A DNA stretch of 63,365 nucleotides, filler included, from Rhabdomonas costata (lineage: Eukaryota): assembly GCA_019059605.1 (NCBI GenBank). It is 42 parts of 42 records of this genome, joined end to end, with 100 filler letters (N's around TTAATTAATTAA, not from the genome) between each part and the next. Parts side by side here need not be neighbours in the genome. Positions count along the whole stretch, not along the records: positions 1 to 1,412 come from JAHMHO010016698.1; positions 1,513 to 2,924 come from JAHMHO010016699.1; positions 3,025 to 4,436 come from JAHMHO010016700.1; positions 4,537 to 5,947 come from JAHMHO010016701.1; positions 6,048 to 7,459 come from JAHMHO010016702.1; positions 7,560 to 8,971 come from JAHMHO010016703.1; positions 9,072 to 10,482 come from JAHMHO010016704.1; positions 10,583 to 11,993 come from JAHMHO010016705.1; 34 more parts are not named here. One strand, given 5' to 3'. This document shows, in pieces, positions 1-10,710 of this stretch (positions are counted from its first letter, which is position 1; each line of letters starts with the position of its first letter). A model generated the notes under the pieces. It was given only the letters and a program-made list of their open reading frames with translations. It ran no database searches and had not been told where the DNA came from. Position numbers and translations under genes: made by a program.

Positions 1-627
1 GTGGGGTTTTGGGTTGACCCCACGAAAAGTTTCAACGCCAAACCAGACTATCATGCTGTGCATATCGAGCTGCATGTTAATTGCGTTTAAGTTGCGTGCG
101 TAAAGCTGCAGAAATTGCCGTCGGGGTGCAGCTCTTTCAGATGTCAGGTGCAGCTCTTTTTCACCGGAAAAACGATAACTTTTTCAGAAGCAATGGTGGT
201 GGTTTCTGGTGGAGTCACGGCGTCAAAGAAGCTTAGTCTCTGACGCAAGAGTGCATCATTTTGGGCACACTCGGGCAGGCTGGCATATACACTGCAAATG
301 CGGAAGGATGCCCATCCATCCACGCAAATCAGTGTGTTCAGTTCACCATATACAAAGACGCATGACAGTCTTTTCAAATCGAATTCTTATGCTGCTCGTA
401 CGCAATGTGCTCAGAGAAACATCGGCGGGCGCTTTTAACAAGTGAGCGTGCTGCAGCAGTGGCCCCACACCTGCTCCTTTATCTTCTTGCCAAAAGGGGC
501 ACGGGATTCACATTTTAACACAGATATTTTCTTTCTCGATATCGACTTTTTTGAAAAGCCATAGAGTAGATTCTTGTTTCCTTCTCTCTCCTTGTCCCTC
601 TCGAGGGACGAGCACCTTCGTGCGGAG

Positions 628-831
628 ATGCCCACGCGGAACCACTCGCTGTTCTTCAAAGCGGAGAAGCCCATCCTGATTTCCATCCATCCCACCCTGC
701 CTTGGCTGGTGGTGTGCATGAAGCATGACTACATCCTGGTCCTGCTGAACTACGAGGACGAGGTCGAGATCGCCCGGTTCCCTCTTACCGAGAAGCTCGA
801 GGAGAAGAGGGCCGAGCTGGACTTGCTAAAG
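628..831 (+). CDS. First exon of a WD40/coat-like protein, possibly TSET/TPLATE TTRAY (TWD40)
   Basis: MPTRNHSLFFKAEKPILISIHPTLPWLVVCMKHDYILVLLNYEDEVEIARF...DLLK, followed by a GT donor at 832. A pyrimidine tract plus AG (604-605) lies upstream of the ATG. The N-terminal IHPTxPWLV motif resembles the plant TWD40 N-terminus. Confidence 0.45.
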
Positions 832-1412
832 GTTCCCCCTCCCCCCAAGTTCCTCAATGGAATTTTTCGGGACCTTGTGGATCGATGGGAACAACATTAT
901 TGGGGCGGAGGCGAGCACCGCGACGGAAGCCAGCACGCGGCGCGGGCCGGAGCGGACGGATGAGGCGGGGACGTGAGTCATGCAAAAAAAATTTTTGGTG
1001 GTAAAGTGGTAAAGTTTGAAGCCCCCCCCAAGAAAGTTCAACACCCCCACTGGGATTTGCCGAAGCCTTTCAGGATTCTCTCAGCCAAGTCGGCGGATCA
1101 TTGGCGCATCAGTTTCCTTTACGTGCACTTGCTCAGCCATTTGGGCAAACGCAGGGCTTTGCAACTGCTTTCCCTTCAGAGTCAGAGCGGGCTTGACCTC
1201 TACTGCAGTAGTTACCCAACGCTGCGTTTGTTCGCTCAATCTCTTTAATAGTGTACATAATGAATCCCATATTATTTTGTAAGGTACGTTACACCGTAAA
1301 CTCAGAACTACAGAATTCTTCGTTTTCTGCTGTTTTGTGCTTCCCAAGCAGAAAACCTGCCCGTGCTAAGGACCAAAATCCACACAACCCGCAGGCGTGA
1401 TGTGGAAGCATT

Positions 1413-1512
1413 NNNNNNNNNNNNNNNNNNNNNNNNNNNNNNNNNNNNNNNNNNNNTTAATTAATTAANNNNNNNNNNNNNNNNNNNNNNNNNNNNNNNN
1501 NNNNNNNNNNNN
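1413..1512. other. Artificial contig linker N44-TTAATTAATTAA-N44 (first of 41, recurring every ~1.51 kb)
   Basis: Identical 100-nt spacer that puts stops in all six frames. The flanking contigs are all ~1.41 kb and differ in composition. Confidence 0.99.
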
Positions 1513-4500
1513 GGTTGGTTGGCTTGCACATCACCACCTTTTCGTCACATACGAAGATATTTTGTTAAAATGGCACAGAGCGAATCCTCCAGACTCAGAC
1601 TGCACATCACAACCAAACAACCAAGATAGAGAGAGGATTCTCGAGTCCAGTCGGGCACAATCGTCTTGGGGTCAGTCTTGCGCCGCTCGTCGATGACCAG
1701 GTCTCTCTGAAAAATGCCAAAAACCCCGTTCAACCGAGGGAATTTTCCAACCCAAACGCAAGCTTATCTGCTCCACCTCGTCCTGCTTCATAGCTGACTT
1801 GTGCTTGAAGTGCACTCTTGCTTGTACTTGGCTTGGTGTTTAGGGATCTGGGTTTTGGTGGTGGTGGCGGCGGAATTAAATGATACGCTGCAAGGAAACA
1901 ACCGCGTTCTTTCCACTTGTGGGAAGCAGAGTGCATCAACTGAAGGAAGGGATGAGCAGAAATTTAGGATTTTATGCAGGATTTTATGCGAGTTTTCCTT
2001 CAACCCTGCGACCCGCGGGGCATTCATGTGGTGAGCAGGCACCGACAGTGCTCTAGGACCCCCCGTGTGAGAACCCAGCTGCGTGCGTCTGTGCTTGGAC
2101 AACTTTTCTTTTTTCTTCCCCTTTCTTCCCGTTTTTCACCTTCTCCTTCGCCCACAAACATGTACAAACATACACACTGTATCAGCCACCCAAACCATAA
2201 GCAAGAGGGACAAAAAAGCGAATCAATGAATTGTCCAGGAAAATGGTTGTGAACAAGGCCACAAGAAGAGGGGGCAGGAAAGGAGCCGATAAAGGGGTGA
2301 GGAAGGGGGGCAGGGAATGCAAGGCCAGAGCCCGTTGGGACGGTCGTAACAAAGCTAAAAGCACACATCACCATTCGGGAGGGTTGTATCTCGGTCAAGG
2401 GCTGACCTGCCTTCTTCTCCATCTCAGATTGAAGCTTCTCATAATACAAGAAGTGCCGTTCCATGATAGTTGCGTCCACCGTGAGGAACTCAGAGAAAAC
2501 CCTAGAACACCGTCAACTCCCCTTATTTCACAGCCCGACCAGCCAATAGTAGAACAAGGAAAGGACTTGACCCCAGCCTCAACGTCACCACACAAAAAGC
2601 CTGCATCACATCAACAGGGCAACGGTTTGAAATGCGGATGCCATCGGGATACATGTACCGCCCCTCACCCGACACCCTTATTCACCCTAACACAGGGGGG
2701 ATTCTGCTTGGCTTCTCCGGATTCATCCTGATTGGGCAATTTTCAATACGGTCTGCAAAGACAGCCTCAAACAGTTAATCTTAAAATTTACCTTTTTGGA
2801 CCAAGTGTCTTCGCATTTGCTCCAAACAGTCTCCAAATGACTTACCAAAAAAGCGCTCGAATGCCACCTAACTTTTTGAACCCCCCCCCCGTCCCCCACA
2901 AAAAACAGGGGACGAAAGTCTCTTNNNNNNNNNNNNNNNNNNNNNNNNNNNNNNNNNNNNNNNNNNNNTTAATTAATTAANNNNNNNNNNNNNNNNNNNN
3001 NNNNNNNNNNNNNNNNNNNNNNNNGGGTTGGGGTTGAGAAGTGAAGGCAGGCCTTTTTGGAAGCCTCCGTTCTTGAGGGAGAGCACTTCGTTTTTCCACT
3101 TCTCATTCATCATGTTCTTACCATCATTGGTCGCAAGCGATGGAAGAATTGTGTTCGGGACATCGAAATGACCCCCTCAACTTAACTCAACCTGCCCGCG
3201 GTGGCAAACCCGAAGTGATGGTTCTGGGCTCTAAGGAGCCTTGAGCGCGAAAAGCAAAAGAGATTCGTCAAGTCTGCAGAGAACGACACCAGCGGCAGTG
3301 TATGCAGTGGAAGGAAGCACACCACTCCGAGAAAGCAGCGCCCTCTCCTGAGGTCGGGGAGCACGGAACTTTCCTGGAGTTCTCCTTAGAAAAGAGAGAT
3401 ACAAGAAGCTAGAGCTTTAAGGGGAGCACTTTCTCGCCGCGGGTGAAGGAAAACCACAAAATCGTCACTGCAGCAAGAAGGTGATTCCATTCCAGATTCC
3501 TAAACGGCTACCATAATGCCCCCCCCCCAAAGAAATAGAAGTGTTCCACCAATCGCAATAAAGATACAACGCGATGGTGACCACCCCGGGTGGGCTGGTC
3601 TGTTGCTCGCCCATTGCAACGCTTACATCACCCTTTGCAAAAGTGTAGCCTTTGTGGGGAAATAAGAAAGAGAAATGATACAAAGGTAGGTAGGATGAGG
3701 TTTTTGGTGAGTATGGTTTGGGTGTGTCACGGAGCGAAGTGGAGGAGTGGCTACTCAACTGCAATGGAATGGAATGAGCTCAGGAGTGAAGCATAGATAG
3801 GCCTTCGATTTCATTTCAGTAGGTTCGAAAAGGGGACAAACTGGCAGGGGAAGGGAGAGAGAATAGGGAACGTCAGAGTTGCGGTGGGAATGGAGACGTG
3901 CGGGAACAGCTTTCATTTCCCTTTCCTTCCCCAATACCAACCGACACCCCTTCTTTCGATCTGCTTCCCTCTTCCAGTCCAAAGTCTGCTTGTGAGTGAG
4001 TCGGCGGTGAGGAGGGGGGAGAGGAGGAGAAACCGTCTCAAAGACCCCTGCGCGGTTGCCTGCCAGTACAATGCTGATCAGGGCGGACACGGCCAGGCTC
4101 TGGGGAAGGTGCTCCAAGGGAGAGGCCGAGTTGGCGATCTGCTGCAAAGTCTTGCTGTGGGGATCGGGCTGCTCCGGATGGCTGGCTTGCAAAAAGGGCG
4201 CCGTCCGCCGTCTTTTAAAGCCTTTGTTTTGGGGTTGCACTTGGCTGGTAATGTTCCTCCATTCAGTGGCAGCCCCCAAAAGGAAACTTCACGAAGGTGA
4301 ACTTCTTTCATTTCTGAGTGGATGTTACCGCTGCGAAAGTTCAATTTTCTGAAATAGAGTCGTGGTCACCAACGGTCAACTTTCTTAAAAGCATGGCCAT
4401 CATTTTTCGGCCGAAATTCTCAAGCAACAACAACAANNNNNNNNNNNNNNNNNNNNNNNNNNNNNNNNNNNNNNNNNNNNTTAATTAATTAANNNNNNNN

Positions 4501-4537
4501 NNNNNNNNNNNNNNNNNNNNNNNNNNNNNNNNNNNNT

Positions 4538-4795
4538 GTGGGTGGTTTAAATTCTGTAATAATGGCATATGATAGTTTAATGGATGCTGGAAATTCATGG
4601 GAAAAATTAGTAATATATTCGATGTTACATTGGGGAGATTCTGATACAGTAGGATGTATTGCGGCAGGATGGTATGGAGCAATATATGGATTTAAGAATG
4701 TACCTGATAATAATATTGAACATATAGAAAATAAAGAAGAATTAATAGAAATAGGAAAAAAATTATATAAAAAATATTACAAAAATAAACGTTAA
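4538..4795 (+). CDS. ADP-ribosylglycohydrolase (ARH1/DraG family), C-terminal part, probably giant-virus
   Basis: AYDSLMDAGNSWEKLVIYSMLHWGDSDTVGCIAAGWYGAIYG contains the metal-binding GDSDT motif. Intronless and AT-rich, 5'-truncated by the contig edge. Confidence 0.9.
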   Translation: MGGLNSVIMAYDSLMDAGNSWEKLVIYSMLHWGDSDTVGCIAAGWYGAIYGFKNVPDNNIEHIENKEELIEIGKKLYKKYYKNKR

Positions 4796-4825
4796 AATTA
4801 ATAAAATTTTTAATTTTATTAATTT
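4795..4825. terminator. Perfect AT-only hairpin between convergent genes (Mimivirus-type polyadenylation hairpin)
   Basis: AAATTAATAAAATT (4795-4808), TTT loop, AATTTTATTAATTT (4812-4825). It fills the gap between the two stop codons. Confidence 0.7.
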
Positions 4826-5258
4826 ATTTAAGATTATTTAATACAAACTTGTAAATATCATCACCAGACCTATTTCCTGTATATTCTTTTTCAGTATCAC
4901 CAATAACAAGACGAATAGTTGGGAATCCGCGGATATTTTTACCGCCACAACGTCTTTGTCCTTCTTCACCTTCACAAGAAATTTCACGAATAAGAACATT
5001 ATTTTTCATATAAGAATCATTATCATAACGATCTTTGAATTGTTTCCAACCATTTTCTAATAATTGACGAGAGAATCCGCACCACATAGCATAATATAAA
5101 TGAAGTTCAGCGATATGATTTTTTTTAGAATTTGACTTGTTACAAGATTTATGAATATTATATATTTTATAGTAATTATAACTGATTACAATTGCAACTA
5201 TAATTAAAATTGCAATTAATAAAACTTCAAACGTTTTATTTAAATCTAGTTTAGGCAT
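4824..5258 (-). CDS. Thioredoxin-domain protein with N-terminal TM anchor, CxxS active site, probably giant-virus
   Basis: Hydrophobic VLLIAILIIVAIVISY, active site LYYAMWCGFS, cis-Pro motif IRGFPTIRL, and EYTGNRS. Complete intronless ORF of 144 aa. Confidence 0.9.
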   Translation of the reverse strand: MPKLDLNKTFEVLLIAILIIVAIVISYNYYKIYNIHKSCNKSNSKKNHIAELHLYYAMWCGFSRQLLENGWKQFKDRYDNDSYMKNNVLIREISCEGEEGQRRCGGKNIRGFPTIRLVIGDTEKEYTGNRSGDDIYKFVLNNLK

Positions 5259-5344
5259 ATAATATGTATAATAAAATAATTTTATTATAATTTATATTGG
5301 ATTTTATTTTATATAAAAAATTTTTCAGTATATAATATATATTT

Positions 5345-5938
5345 ATGTCAAGTTCCACTCTAGATTTACCTACATACGATTTTTCTAATAAAACTTTCTA
5401 TGATCAAATTAAATATGCATTTTCAAATGGAACAGATGAGCGTCACGAAATGTTCTTACGTATTCTTACGAAACCATGTTTAACACGTAAAAATACACTT
5501 GCGAATCCAAGTTTAGCACAATTTCCGGATGCATTGGAATTATTAAAAGAAGGAAATTATACACAGAAGAACACTACCTTAAAAGTTGAAGACAATGACG
5601 TTGCACATGAAGTAGTAGATTTTGTGAAAATGATTGGATTATGGCACAGTGCATTAGATGCGTCAACATCCTTTGTATTTGAATCATCTGTATTTAATGA
5701 GATATTTACATCATTTGTTAGTACACAACGTACGATTCTGCCGTATCCGTATGGAACATTCCGTTTGACTCTTGCAGATCTTCAAAGTTTAACACGTATT
5801 GATTTATTTGATAAACGAATTGATATGTTTATAAAACGAACTGTTGCAGTAATAAATATGTATATACGATTTATATGGAATAATTATAGAACAATTTATA
5901 ATATTGGTGCTAGTATAAATGATGATTATTTAAACTAA
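5345..5938 (+). CDS. Hypothetical protein (197 aa), probably giant-virus ORFan
   Basis: Long ATG-initiated ORF in very AT-rich DNA, where chance ORFs are short. It is divergent from the thioredoxin gene across an 86-nt AT-rich spacer. Confidence 0.75.
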   Translation: MSSSTLDLPTYDFSNKTFYDQIKYAFSNGTDERHEMFLRILTKPCLTRKNTLANPSLAQFPDALELLKEGNYTQKNTTLKVEDNDVAHEVVDFVKMIGLWHSALDASTSFVFESSVFNEIFTSFVSTQRTILPYPYGTFRLTLADLQSLTRIDLFDKRIDMFIKRTVAVINMYIRFIWNNYRTIYNIGASINDDYLN

Positions 5939-6543
5939 CACCAACAANNNNNNNNNNNNNNNNNNNNNNNNNNNNNNNNNNNNNNNNNNNNTTAATTAAT
6001 TAANNNNNNNNNNNNNNNNNNNNNNNNNNNNNNNNNNNNNNNNNNNNGGTGGTTGTGGGCCAGTGACCTCAGCGCAGAGGTCACTGGCCCACAATCGTCC
6101 CCTTACACACGTCTCCTGCTTGGTCTCCACTCAAGCACAGGCCCCGAAACTGCAATAAGGAACTTCTTCAGTAAAAACAGAACTGCACAAGAAGCAACCC
6201 TCCCGTTCCCCACTTCTTCCGAAATCCCGAAATTCCATGGGTGGGACTCCACCATTCTGTTTTCCATTTTCCCTCACTCTCCCTCTCGCTTTTTGGTGCA
6301 CCCCTGCTCTTTTGCTGATGCTGAGGCTGCACAGAACTCTCTCATTATGTTTGTTCCCGGTCGATTACTTCTTTGCCAGCGGTTGAGTCCAATCCATAAT
6401 TTCGCACTTCTCTGAGCAGTGCTGTCACGCGTTACATATACTTATCTTCGGGAACGCCATGAAGCACTGCACTTGCTATGGTTGTGTGTGGGGGGGTATA
6501 TTCTCCCCTGGCTTTCGTTTACTGCTCCCCTCCCCTTCTCCAG

Positions 6544-6838
6544 ACCCAAGAGAGGCTGCGGATCCTCGACGAGCTGATCCAGGGCCGCGAGGCGGCCCTG
6601 ACCCAGGCCCAGGCCGCACAACAGGAACAGCAGCTGCAGCGGAGGCTGCGCGAGAGGGAGCTGCGGTTGCAGCTGCTTCAGGTGGAAAAGCAGATTGCGG
6701 TCCTGGAACGCGACCTCCTCGCCATGGGAGTCATCCCGGCCGCCCCCGCTGGTCCCAATGGCCGAGCCATCCCATCCCAGGCACCCTCTCCCGCCGTTGC
6801 TGTCGCCTCCACCCCCGCCAAAGCTGCTGCGCCCAACG
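6544..6838 (+). CDS. Internal exon of a coiled-coil protein
   Basis: Pyrimidine tract + CAG acceptor, TQERLRILDELIQGREAAL...LQVEKQIAVLERDLLAMG, GT donor at 6839. GC-rich codon usage. Confidence 0.55.
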
Positions 6839-9090
6839 GTTGCCAGGAGAGACGGGGTTGGGAACCACTGAAGGGAAGGGGTTCACCTGCTCACCGGTTA
6901 ACCCTCCGGGGTGCCCTTCGCAATATGCAAAGGGTGGATGCGTTTCTGCTCTCTTCTCTTTCACTGGTTTACTGGTCTTCTAAGTGATTCATTGCTGAGT
7001 TGGGTGGCGGGGGAGTGGGCACATGGCACCGGGTCCATGACCATCCAAACATTTGAAGTTTCATTGCAGAAGGGGCTTCTTATAAGTTCCGGCTCGCTTT
7101 GCGTTCATCAAGCAACATTCCTAAAAGATAGACAAAGTGTTTAAATTTGCTCCATAGGGGACATGCTCATGAATCACACCTTTCGGGGTTCTCAATGCCA
7201 CCACCACCTCCTTCTCTTAGCATCTCCGCACTTTCTCCCTTTGGTAACCTCCGCTTTTCTGCCACCGCACTCACAATCAATTATCCAAGAATACAGTCTC
7301 GTTGACTTCTCTCTGGTTGATGTTTCCTGTCTTTCTTTGGCAACTGCTTGGCGCCCCCCACCACAATCACCGCCATGGAGCCCGCGGCCAAGCGGCCGAG
7401 GCTTCTCCCCCGACCCCCCATGGGGGTCGTCACCACAACAAACCAAACATACCCAACACNNNNNNNNNNNNNNNNNNNNNNNNNNNNNNNNNNNNNNNNN
7501 NNNTTAATTAATTAANNNNNNNNNNNNNNNNNNNNNNNNNNNNNNNNNNNNNNNNNNNNGGGTTGTGGGTATTTAGGTCGCGATGCACGGGTTCCCTGGG
7601 GTTCTGTTGCAAGAGAACAGTTCAGACAACATCGCGGCTTCCGGCCTTCCTCAAGTCATCATATGCAAAGGGTATATACTCCCCTGTTACACGGCCCAGA
7701 AACCTCCCTTCTGCGGGATCGGGTCTTGTGAAACGGCGTGTGTATGTTTGCGGGCTCAATTCAAGTACGCCCGTATAACGCAAAACAACAAAACAAAGCG
7801 AAAGAAACCTGGGCACAATAGAACCGAGACATGTGACGAAGCCCAGCCAGGAACACTTGGGATCTTGCGTCAAGTGGCCTCCCGTACACTCGTCACAAAC
7901 ATGACCCTCTGAATGAAGATGCGTGCATAGCCACCTGACACCTGAAAATACTTCTGTTCCACTGAAGGGAGCCGTTCACCGCTCTTGAATTCCCTTCAAT
8001 AAACTGGAGAATGGCCGATGACGTTACCACGGCACATAATGGCTCATTTGGTGCCGAGCGACCCACCACCACCACCACCAAATCAATAAACCACTTCTTA
8101 ACCGGACTCGCGCAACGTCCTTTGCCCCTGTGTCGAAACACATCTGAAAACGTGTGGCACGTACCACCTCTCCAACACAGAAGTCACGGAAAGCGGAGGT
8201 TGTGCGTTGTGTGCCATGAGCACGTTATCCTCAGGAGTGCTTTGGTGACTGCCCATTGACAAAAGATTGCATTTCGAATGGAAGCGAGACCCTTCGTTGA
8301 CCTGAGGTCGATGTCGGGGTGGCCACCGCTCAGAATGGCCAGCGTCTTCCCGCGGTCCTGTGCCTCACAGGCCTCTGCCCTCATCATTGGCAGGGGAACC
8401 CCAGTTCCGTTACGAGGAGCCAAAGCACCTAGTAACTAATTGTGGCTCTTGCCTACACTCACGCAATCAAAGGCACGCCCACAGCCACATTTGCGCAGTC
8501 TGACACGCATACGCCATCCAAGGCACACGCATTGTCACAATGTTGTTCAGGCAGGCAGTGAGTACTTTGTGGGTCAACGGGGCCTTCGCGGCTAGCAGTC
8601 AGCACCGCCTAAGGGGTGTCCAGCCTCGTGTCACAGGGAAGGAACTCCGCCCAAAGCCCAGGCACAGCCAGCAGCTCCATCATCCCCTCCCACTGCCCGT
8701 CCACCGCACATTCTTGCGCCACCTCGCGATGCTCACAGCCCTCCAGCGGGTCATGTGCTCACTCTGAGATAAGGCTTCAAAACGACACATAAGGACACTG
8801 CCCACCACAGTGTGAGGACGCAGTCAGATCTACATAATTAAACGGCATACCTTCACTTGTACGGCACAGAGAAAAGGGTGAGGAAGTCACTGAAAACAAG
8901 CATCCTTGATGCACAACAGTAGCGAAATGAAAGGGTCAGAGTCCTTTTCTAAGTTCCTTGGCCAAACCCCCNNNNNNNNNNNNNNNNNNNNNNNNNNNNN
9001 NNNNNNNNNNNNNNNTTAATTAATTAANNNNNNNNNNNNNNNNNNNNNNNNNNNNNNNNNNNNNNNNNNNNGTGGTGGGTGTGTTTGGTG

Positions 9091-9180
9091 AGAGCAAGGT
9101 TGACGAAGACAGAGAGCATGGTTGAGAAGACAGAGAGCATTGTTAACAGTGAGCATGGTTAATAGAGAGCATGGTTGACG
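9091..9180 (+). repeat. Degenerate direct repeats, AGAGCATGGTTRA-like x5
   Basis: Visible imperfect copies spaced ~16-22 nt apart. Confidence 0.7.
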
Positions 9181-9279
9181 GACACATGGATGCGCAAAGC
9201 CGATAGGAAGGAACTATAGAAGGAAGGCACGCAAACCACTAGGCGAGGAAGACGGAGAACGATACAAACACTAGCCCAT

Positions 9280-10482
9280 TCAGAACCCAACCCTGCACTG
9301 ACATCTAACCCCATCGACCCAGAATAGATTCTGGGTCGATGGGGCCAGAACTGAATACCACTTCCGCCCAACGGCATCACGAACCACGAACCCAAAACCG
9401 AATGCCAAGACCGAATGCCGAATACGAAATTATTGACTACAGGCACCGCAAACTGAAGTCGAACCCCAACCCCAAATGCAGAAGGCAGAAAGCGAATGCA
9501 GAAGACATATCCTCAAAACATGTGTAAATCCCACTCCCAACATCGACTCCTAACCCCTGACCACCGGAATACCTTAACGTACACGCAACCTCAACCTGAA
9601 CACAGCACATCCAATCATCCCTGTCCCACTACGAACCCACCCACTCCATCTCACTCGAACCCATGAACCTCCGAAGACCGAACCTAGAGAAGCAAACTCG
9701 TAACCCCGAATGCCAACACCAACCCTCGAACCAGAACCACGAACCAAGAAGGCAAGAACCACGACCCCGAATACCGACACCAGTGTACACAGGCAACCTA
9801 AGCGGAAGGACAGAACCCCGACACGAACCCCAACCACAAAATCACCACCGAACCCACACGTACCCACGCAAGCACCACAGCACGCAAGCACTACCAACTC
9901 ACAAGACACAGAAACCCAACACCGAACCCACCACTCCGAACTCCGAACCCAGAACTCCGAATCAGAACCACCACACAAGAAGCGCATAACCAGCACATGA
10001 ACCCCTCACCCCAAGAAGCGACTGAAACTCCGAACCCCAAACCCAAACCCAAACCTCCAACCCTAAGACCGACACCCGAATACCACCTCCGCACTATGGC
10101 ATCCTGAACCCAACACCCAACACCGAAGACAGAAACGCAAAACCCTCACCCATCCACACGACAGCACCATCGAAACCAATGCAAACACCTCAAATCCACA
10201 CCTGCACCACCAACCGAGGAACCGAACCCAGAAAACGAATCTCTCACCCAATAATACCAGCAGAACACGGCTACGTGAGACCGAAACGCAAGACCTAATG
10301 CATAAGCACGAACCTCCAACATCGAAACCTTGAACCTCCACCGGAAATCCCGACACTGCAACCAAATACCCAACCAACCCAAGATTTCCTACAGAACAAA
10401 CTGAGCTACGAAGGACCGAAGACGCAAAGAAAGAATGCAAATAACCCACCTCAGAATTCACCCTCCAACCCCAAAATCCACC
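9280..10482. repeat. A/C-rich, strand-skewed degenerate low-complexity or satellite sequence
   Basis: Dense CCGAACCC / AGAACC / AAACCC motifs, with T strongly depleted on the + strand. Confidence 0.65.
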
Positions 10483-10710
10483 NNNNNNNNNNNNNNNNNN
10501 NNNNNNNNNNNNNNNNNNNNNNNNNNTTAATTAATTAANNNNNNNNNNNNNNNNNNNNNNNNNNNNNNNNNNNNNNNNNNNNTGTGTTTTTGTGGTGCCA
10601 TGGGTGGCTCTGTTCCATTTGGTGGATTTGGGCAGGGAGTGATTTCTCTTTTTCCCTCCCGTGCTTTTGGTCTGTGCTGTGTTCTGTGTGTGTTTGTGAG
10701 AGAAAAGACC

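Noticed and set aside
9574-10461. Long overlapping ORFs on both strands
   Set aside because: These are a by-product of compositional skew, which makes stop codons rare. No protein-like motifs.
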